Shown here: positions 55,280-64,000 of the stretch, piece by piece
Numbering within the stretch: the first letter of the stretch is position 1
Layout: the number at the start of each line of letters is the position of its first letter
Source: Eledone cirrhosa
Lineage: Eukaryota
NCBI GenBank assembly: GCA_964016885.1
Contig: OZ024742.1
Coordinates: 321,470,001-321,534,000 of the forward strand
Direction: 5' to 3'
Length of the DNA stretch: 64,000 nucleotides
The notes under the pieces: generated by a model
Told to the model about the DNA's origin: nothing
The model's database searches: none
Seen by the model: the letters and a program-made list of their open reading frames with translations, nothing else
Made by a program: the position numbers and the translations under genes

Positions 55280-56450
55280 GCAAAACGTCGAATAAACGAA
55301 AATGCCTCGCGGTATCTACTTATGGCTCCGCGAGTTCTGAGTTCAAATCCCACCGTGGTCAGCTTTGCTTTTCTTCTTTCTAGAGTCTATACAATAAACT
55401 ACCAGTCTTGTCCTGGGATCGATATAATCGAATTTCCCCTCCCCTCAAAATTGTTGACGTTGCAACCGTTACGATTGAAACCGTTTGAAATTAGAAACCG
55501 TTACGATTGTTATTATAGAAGACCTGTCAACCTCTAACATCCCAAACGAGGAATACCATGAAAAAAAGAGCCCCAAAACGGAGAGAAATGAGGCAAAATG
55601 GGGATATTTTACATAATGAAAACCATACCCATTTTCACAAGTGAAGACATCTCTCACCCACCCCAAAGTGGATGGGAGTTCTCCCTGTTGGATGAGGAGT
55701 GTTGACAGGTCTGGTATAGTTCAACTTGGAAAGTTGATAATTTGGAGAATTGTTAGGGCATTGGACGAAGGGCTTTATAGTATTTCTATCGACTCTTTAT
55801 ATTTCGAGTTCAAATCCCACCGAAATTAACTTTTCCTTTCATCTTTCCAGGGCCGATAAAGTACCTCTCAAGTACTGGTGTCGGTATAATAGAATTTCCC
55901 CTCCCCTAAATTGCTGGCCTTGTGCCTAAATTAGAAACCATTTACTGTTTATAAGAATGGCCTTATTGTATCTTTCCGGCTCCGTACATTCTGAGTTCAA
56001 ATCCCACTGAGGTCAACGTTGCCTTTCATCCTCCCGAAATCGATAAAATATAGTACCAGTCATATACTGACATCGATTCTCTCGACTTTTCCGGCCTAGG
56101 TTAACTTTCCTTTCCTCTAAATTGCTACTATTGTCCTTATGTTAGAAAGAATTAAGATAGGTCAACTTTGAGGATGGAGAACTATCAACATTTTTAGGGC
56201 AACGGACGAAGTGCTTTGTTGCCAATCTTCCGACTTTTTAGGTTCTGAGTTCAAATCCCACCGAAGTCAGCTTTGCCTTTCATTTTTACAGGGTCAATAA
56301 GATAAAGTACCAATAACACACTGGAGTCAATTTAATCGACTTTCCCCTTCCCTTCAAATTGCTGGCCTTGTATCAAAAGTAGAAACAATTCTTATTATTG
56401 GTCAACTTTGTTTTTCATCCTTGCATGGTTCATAAAATACAGTACCAGTC
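55280..56450 (+). mobile_element. Head-to-tail cluster of 4-5 diverged SINEs with an inserted MITE
   Basis: gagttcaaatcccac near 55339, 55807, 55993 and 56247. Confidence 0.85.
55519..55713. mobile_element. MITE (same family as 27324-27517, opposite orientation)
   Basis: agacctgtcaac...gttgacaggtctg; flanks ttatag / gtatag. Confidence 0.85.
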
Positions 56451-56716
56451 AGATAACTTATAAAATAGGATCCAGACCTTAAAGAACGGGAAAAGAAGTT
56501 GTCATCGGCCGCTATAGTGACGGGAAGAAATTTGTCATTGCTCCTTAGCTTAAAGGTCAAAGCGTCTAGCTGGTGTCTAGATGATATGGGGTTCAATTCC
56601 TCATAGCGACCAATGGCAACTTCTTTTTCCGTTAAGAGTCTTCACCCTATTTTATAAGCTATCTTTATAGTATTTGTGCGCTTGAGCACTTTTTTATGCT
56701 TATACACGCACATACA

Positions 56717-56832
<116 letters not shown>

Positions 56833-56991
56833 TATATATATATATATAACAACCCAATTTGTACAGTATATGGAAGGAATATATTAGTTTAACGCTTGAA
56901 ATAGCATATATATATATATTCTTCCTCCAAGCGTGAAAATTATACACATCATGTTACTGCATCCTCTTGTTTGTTCGTTTTTTTTTGTTTC

Positions 56992-57045
<54 letters not shown>

Positions 57046-57640
57046 GAAACAAAAAAAACGTATTATATGTTATAGAATGCTGTTAGCTTCTTGCTAAAAC
57101 AATCTCTATACCTCTCATTTATATATATATATATACCTATATATATAAAATCAAGGTTTAACATATAGAGAAAAAGTTTTAAAATAAATTTCAAAAAGTT
57201 CACTGTACTTACTATGTGTGCCTTTACCTCGGTTTCCGATCCCAAAATAAACAGATAATCCAAGCGGATTTTCATTGAGAAATAGATCATCGTCAGAAGG
57301 CTTTTCTCACTCGGAGAATATAAAATTCTCGAGTTCAAATCACAAACTGGCGCCATACAAAACTGTTCTCGAATGAGAGTGAAAGAGAGTAGAAACAATC
57401 TTGTCTAGTGCCGTGTGCAAAGACAGAAAGCAAGGCGGACAGATCAATGTCCTGCTACTAAAAATAGCAGCAATTCAAAAGACTTCTCAACCTTTGCTAA
57501 ACCTTGATTCTATATGTTCTGGCTTGTTAATTTATTAACCTGCCATAGAACCACACTGGCATACGGTTGGACAATACTTGTATCCCTATATGTATTTTTT
57601 ACATGTAGGAACACATACTTTTATTATTATATATATATAT

Positions 57641-57720
<80 letters not shown>

Positions 57721-57784
57721 TTGATATATATTTATCCTTATCGAGCTCTCTTTGAATTTTAGTCTTCAAATTTATTATTATTAC

Positions 57785-57825
<41 letters not shown>

Positions 57826-57826
<1 letters not shown>

Positions 57827-58200
57827 GAAAAAATGAAACGAAATTTCATTTCTCACTCTTAGTACGGCTGTTACTTAAATTAGGCTGCTCAGCCGTTAAT
57901 ATGCATAAGGAGAGTATATACTTTCAGACGTTCAATCATCTGGCAGGAAGGTATACGGTGCTGACGATAGCTAATAAGCTTGAAACTAGTACATCGTTCC
58001 TTTGTCAGTGTTGAACAAAGGGGCAACGATGGTTGCTAAACACTGTACGGCTTAATTCGGGATGTTTGTTTACAAACAAACCGAGCATTATAATAAATGC
58101 TCGGTAAATCCATACGTACATATATATATGTGTGCATGTATGTATATATATACATATTACTGTACGTCTGTATACATATATGTATGCACGTATACATACT

Positions 58201-58205
<5 letters not shown>
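57826..58205 (+). mobile_element. Family D element, most complete copy, bracketed by an inverted repeat (57719-57787 / 58246-58313)
   Basis: Matches 9888-10385 and 61555-61920. Confidence 0.88.
57955..57997 (+). ncRNA. Minimal type I hammerhead ribozyme motif
   Basis: ACGGTG-CTGACGA-T AGCT aata AGCT T-GAAA-CTAG-TA|CATCGT; intact core, palindromic ACTAGT stem III. Confidence 0.88.
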
Positions 58206-58247
<42 letters not shown>

Positions 58248-58368
58248 GTAATAATAATAAATTTGAAGACTAAAATCCAAAGAGGGCTCGATAAGGATAA
58301 ATATATATCAAATATATAAGAACCGTACAGCAATTCTTTGCTTAAACTTTAATCTGTTATTTTAATAA

Positions 58369-58405
<37 letters not shown>

Positions 58406-59003
58406 AATAATGATGGCTGCGCGTTGCAAATGGTGGTGCATATGAAAAAGTAAGTCCTTCATCAGTGACCCTCCAACCGTCCCAGGCATTTCATCGCTTT
58501 AAGGGCCATATGCCTCAGGTTGGTGCGAACAACGGCTAAAAAAAGTCGTTGGGACACGTAAATAAAGGGGACGTTAGGGTAACAAACAAAATGGTTTAAG
58601 CAACGGAAAGTGAGAAGAAATAGACAAGTCCCAGATCTCTATGAATATAAACTCGGTGAAATCGTGAACAAGAGACAAAAGACCATCAAACCTGGTTGAA
58701 ATGTGAGCAAGGAAGGAATTTCGCACAGGTCTAACGGGGGGGGGGGGAAGAAGAAGAAGAAGAAGAAGGGGTCTGGTCTACGAATTCGGTAAACATAAGT
58801 TTTGTGAAGTCGCAGACGAAAGAGAGAGAGAGAAAAAAATTCCATACCAGTTTGACCAAGACCGCGCGAGAAAAGAATTACACACAGGTCAAACTTGAAG
58901 GAGGAGGAGGAAAGAGGAGGAGGAGAGGTAGTGACAGAGAATGAGTGAGTGAAAGTTGAGGAGGAGGCTAACAGAGAGAGAGACTGCTAGAAAGGGTATA
59001 TAT

Positions 59004-59117
<114 letters not shown>

Positions 59118-59708
59118 TACTTCTACAGGACTAGAATTGCTTCATTCGTTTGAAATTATCAGGTCATAGATTACCCTGCTGATTTCAATTGAATGAAACA
59201 GTTATCTGTATGTGTATGCGTGTGTGTGTGTGTGTGTGTCTGTGTGTGTATCTGTGTGTGCGTGTGTGTGTCTGTGTCTGTATGTGTCTCTGTGTGTCTC
59301 TGCGTGTGTGTGTTCCTTTCCTCATTGAATTTATTCTATTAATGTCTTTGAACCAGCTATTACAATGGTGTGATGTGTGTCCCGTGACATTTGTACTAGA
59401 AACCCGGACGTGTCCCTGGTAAAATCCATGCTGCTCTCAGTAACACCTACTGATGTACTTACTCAGGCTGTGACACAACTTAGACACACTCACACATATA
59501 CACTCGCAATACACACACTCACACATACAAGTACATACACACACTCACACATACACGTACATACACCCACTCACACACACCTCCATAAAGCACATTCACT
59601 CAAACGTATACACTCTCACATACAAACACATATACATACACATTCATACACTCACACGCAAACATACCCACGCATACACACTCACCCGCAATCACACACT
59701 TACACATA

Positions 59709-59903
59709 CGAGGGTCGGCTGAAAAATTCCTAGGTTGACCAAAATACTCTCATGGAATGACCAAATGAGGTTTATTTTTCAACAGGGTCCCTCAAAAGAA
59801 ACAATGCAGTTATTAATAAGGAGAGTTGAAATTAAAGCATGCAACATTTCACAGCTTCATCACTCCTTCATAGACAATATATGAACTTTTCAGCCAACTC
59901 TCG
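59709..59903. mobile_element. Mariner-like MITE
   Basis: ta|cgagggtcggctgaaaaattc ... gaacttttcagccaactctcg|ta. Confidence 0.85.
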
Positions 59904-60259
59904 TACCTTATTTACTTACACCCTTACACTCACTTCACACATATGCATACATTCGCATGCTTGTTTGTGCACTCATACTCTGACCCAAACACTTACACGT
60001 GTACACAACCACGCGTACGCATTCACATATTTCTTCATCCACACGCACAAAAGCATTAGAGCGGAGGAGGAAATAGTTTGCGGTATTTGGTGAAGCTATC
60101 TGTTCTGAGTTCAAATCTGTTCGTCGTCAACTTTGACTTATATCTTTCTGTGGTCGATAAAACACAGTACCAGTTCAGGAATGGTGGATCGACGGAATTG
60201 TAAAAGTATTGGACGTGGTGACTTGGAAGTGTGTGTGTGTGGGGGGGGGGGGGGTGCTA

Positions 60260-60625
60260 CTGCTAGACCCTTCTTCTTTCTGAGAGAGTTGTGAGAGCAG
60301 AGTCCTCCTACACTCCCTCCAGCGGGTCCTGTCAGAATCTACTGTTCCCACCTGATCCGACTGGATCCCCAAGCGTGACCATCCAACCAAGCTCATGGAT
60401 GTTATCCAACCATCCTACTCAGAGTCTACCCTTGGGTCTCTTGCCGGTTGGTTTTGCCCGTAAAATCTGTCCAGTGATTCTTTTCTGAAACATTATAAGC
60501 ACATGCCCATAGTATCAGAGCTGTGATCTCTCAATTCGCAAAAATAGTGGCTCTACCTGGAGAGACTCTCTGATCTCAGAATTAAGCACTTTATCGAGTA
60601 ACGTTACTCCAAAGACCCTCTCTTC
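60260..60625 (-). mobile_element. RTE LINE 3' fragment
   Basis: RIERSQL*YYGHV..KPTGKRPKGR..WLDNI..DRTRWRE. Confidence 0.8.
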
Positions 60626-60767
60626 CATCAAAATATTAAGTAATCACCTTTGTTAAGTTATGTGCCAAAAACCAGCTAATAATGTGAAAGCTAATATTTG
60701 TTTATCTTTAAAATTCTTATATATACATACATATACAATTATATATATATAAATATATAAATACATG

Positions 60768-60839
<72 letters not shown>

Positions 60840-60843
60840 GAGA

Positions 60844-60923
<80 letters not shown>

Positions 60924-61057
60924 TAGAGATATCGCGATTTATATCGAGAGGCGACCACTGTCAAAAAAGGTACTCAATACGTTAGTATAGGTACGTTCGT
61001 TTTATTATAGAAATGACCTCTATATGACTAGAACTGTTTCGTTCGTAAGAAATCATT

Positions 61058-61093
<36 letters not shown>

Positions 61094-61498
61094 ACACACA
61101 CCATCGCCTATCCAGCATGACCAATGTTTTACACGAAATATACAACTGCATTAATATAATAGATACATTGATTATTATTTCTATTTATTTTAAGAGAGAT
61201 TAAATATTGGTAAGGAAATGGTTCAACGGTCATTCCATATCGGAAACACTTGGAAGTTGGGCTCTGGCTTGATGTCATAACTGACGTCATAGGGACCTAT
61301 TACCTTCCTTCCTTTATTTATTTATTTCGGGAGTGCCTTCCCTTCATCAGCAATGTAAATACAAAGTTGATACAGTTTTTAACAGTTTGCCTAGCAACAG
61401 ACATACAAACAGTACTTCACATTTATAAATGAATGTGTGCATGTATGTATGTAAGCGTATATATGCATATATGTTTGTATGCATGTATGTATATATGC

Positions 61499-61539
<41 letters not shown>

Positions 61540-61554
61540 TATATATATATTATT

Positions 61555-61920
61555 GGAAAATAATGAAATTTCATTTCTCACTCTTAGTACGGCTGATACT
61601 TAAATATAAGTATGTATACGTACATACATATATGTATACAGACGTACAGTAGTATGTATATACATACATGCACACACAAATATATGTACGTATGGGTTTA
61701 CCAAACATTTATTATAATGCTCGGTTTGTTTGTCACTGTTGAACAAAAGGGCAACGATGGTTGCCGAACACTGTACGGCTAATAATTCGGGCTGTTTGTT
61801 TACAAACAAACCGAGGATTATAATAAATGTTCGGTAAACCCATACGTACATATATATGTGTGTGCATGTATGTATGTATATACATACTACTGTACGTCTG
61901 TATAGATGTATGTATGTATA
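61555..61920. mobile_element. Family D copy with inverted duplication (about 61593-61732 / 61794-61915)
   Basis: Same rearranged architecture as 9888-10385. Confidence 0.85.
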
Positions 61921-61956
61921 CATAGTTATATTTATATATACAGATATATATATATA

Positions 61957-62130
61957 TAGGAAAAAGTATGACCCCGACGGCAGAGCTCAAGCCGTTTCGA
62001 CGGCTATTTCTGGAAACGGCTTGAGCTCTGCCGTCGGGGTCATACTTTTCCTATTTCCCACTCTATTACCCTAAGTATTGAGTACTCTGGTGCGTTATGG
62101 TCCATCTGGTTCCTTACCACAATTCCTTTG

Positions 62131-62133
<3 letters not shown>
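61957..62133 (+). mobile_element. Family A fold-back copy
   Basis: 61957-61998 mirrors about 62013-62054. Confidence 0.9.
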
Positions 62134-62164
<31 letters not shown>

Positions 62165-62489
62165 GTGTGTGTGCGAGTGTGTGTATGTATGTATGTAAAA
62201 TATGCATGTTTATGTATGTATAAAGGTATGTATTTATTCAGATCGTTGGTATCTATAACCAGATCTCTACAATCAGACAATCCTCTCTCTAATAGATTCC
62301 TAATTGGTTCTTTTTTTTTTATTTTGTCTTCACAGACAACAGGACACTGTGATGTTCTTATGAAGTTAATTATTTATATTAATATTTTTTTTTAATCATC
62401 CGATTTCCATGACCCCCCCCCCCTCCCGCTCCACTTCTCTATAACCTACTCATGTAACGTCAGTCTCCCTACCGTACCATTGTGGCAGC

Positions 62490-63133
62490 TCTTTAAATTC
62501 TGAGTTCAAATCGCACCAAAATCAATTTCACCTTTCATCTTTCCAGGGTCAATGAAGTACCTGTCATGTACTGGTACCGGTATAATTAACTTTCCTCTCA
62601 TCCAATTGCCGGCCTTGTGTCTAAAATGGAAACCATTTACTATTTATAAGGATTGCTTCGTAGTGTTTTGTTCAGGCTTTATATGTTCTTTCTTCAAATT
62701 CCACCGTGATCAACATTGCATTTTATCCTCCCTGGATCGATAAAATATAGTACTGACGTCGATACTACCGACTTTCCCCTCCCCACTAAAATGTTGGACG
62801 TGAGCCTTAATCAGAAAACATTATTATTATTATTGAGGGTGGTAGGGCGGTGGATTGGCAGTATCGGTAAAGGGTCGGACGCCATGCTTTGTAGCATAGA
62901 GTTACGGCCCTTTATGATCTGAGTTCAAATCCCACCGAGGTTAACTTTGCCTTTCATCCTTGCGGGGTCGATAAAATAAAGTACCAGTAATGCGCTGAGA
63001 TCAATTTCATCGACATTCCCCTCCTTCCAAATTGCTGGCCTTGTGCCTATATAAGAAACTATTATTATTGAGGGTGGTGTATTTGCAGTATCGGTAGAGC
63101 GTTGTACTACCATGCTTCGCGGCATATAGTTAC
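62490..63133 (+). mobile_element. Head-to-tail SINE cluster (best copy 62846-63068); last head truncated by a LINE
   Basis: Repeated B-box/core/tail units. Confidence 0.85.
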
Positions 63134-63139
63134 AGCATG

Positions 63140-64000
63140 CGGCACTTTGCTCAGCTGTTCGGGCAGGGCGGCGCGCCGGGAGGGGTTATGGATTTCGGGC
63201 CATACCTCGACGGCCTACCGCGATTCTCGGACAGCGAGGAAAAGTTCTGCGAAAAGCCGATTTCAGCCGCTGAGATAGGGGACGCGTTGAGCCAATGCGG
63301 CAAACGCAAATCTCCAGGTCTCGACGGTCTACCCTACGAATTTTACATAGCAATGCCGGACTTATTCTCCGGTCTCCTGGAAGCGGTCTACTGCATCTGG
63401 CAACAGAACGGGAGAATTCCCAGTTCTGTGACCGGGGGCGTAGTCACACTAGTCAGGAAGGACGAGAATAAGGGGGATGACATAGGCAACTTCCGGCCCA
63501 TAACTCTGCTAAACACAGAGTTACAGATTTTGGCCAAGGTGTTGGCAAAGAGGCTGGCGCTTGTCGAGAACCTGGTAGGAGAAGCGCAGACATGCGCAAT
63601 CCCGACCAGGTCCATACACGACAACCTCCACCTCATGCGATACATCATAGAGAGGGTAGGGTGTAAACCCGGCTTCGGTGGGGCCCTGATCAACTTGGAT
63701 CAGTCTAAGGCTTTCGATAGGGTTGACCATCGTTACCTGGATGCGGTGCTCGAGGCGGCAGGCTTCGGACCCGTGTTCAGGGGCTGGATTGTTGCTGCAA
63801 TGCATAACAGCAACATCTGCTCAAGGGTTAAGGTGAACGGCTACCTCTCGGAGCCGTTCCATATCACGCGTTCCATTCGACAGGGATGCCCTCTCTCCTC
63901 CCTTCTGTACGTATTGACTCTCGAGCCACTACTGCGGAAGTTGGAGCTATTGCAGGGCATCCCTCTGGAACCGGGACTGCGGAAAGAGGAGTCGGCCTAC
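63140..64000 (+). mobile_element. Tx1/L1-clade LINE ORF2 (reverse transcriptase), 5'-truncated, open to the window end
   Basis: Stop-free frame: KSPGLDGLPYEFY, NFRPITLLNTELQILAKVLA, LDQSKAFDRVDH, RQGCPLS, ending SAY just before the expected ADD. Absent from the ORF track, presumably because it has no stop in the window. Confidence 0.93.

Overview
AT-rich eukaryotic DNA, most likely from an octopod cephalopod (inferred from the tRNA-derived SINE core 'ttgcctttcatcc..cggggtcgataaaataaagtaccagt', which I recognise from Octopus, and the extreme (TA)n/(CA)n load). Most ORFs in the track are microsatellite read-throughs. The one convincing host-gene element is a giant plus-strand exon: acceptor AG ending at 40688, ATG at 40730, donor GT at 45083, 1451 codons of homopolymer-rich protein that I cannot assign to a gene. 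A pyrimidine-tract CAG|GTAAGT site (recursive splice site or micro-exon) lies at 49072. The rest is transposon-derived: a Penelope-like element (RT + GIY-YIG, 5' part inverted, 3' hammerhead), CRE-clade RT-RLE LINEs, Tx1/L1, RTE and CR1-group fragments, about 20 SINEs, hAT and mariner MITEs, and a non-autonomous Helitron. The most striking unexplained pattern is a set of short (100-400 bp) element families sitting inside (TA)n arrays. Several carry minimal type-I hammerhead ribozyme folds, some with unusual cores (U3-A8, U10.1-U11.1, very long stem II). Several share a GAGYAC(TC) box, and they repeatedly occur as fold-back palindromes (about 19 inverted duplications in 64 kb). All structures were folded by eye and no database search was possible.
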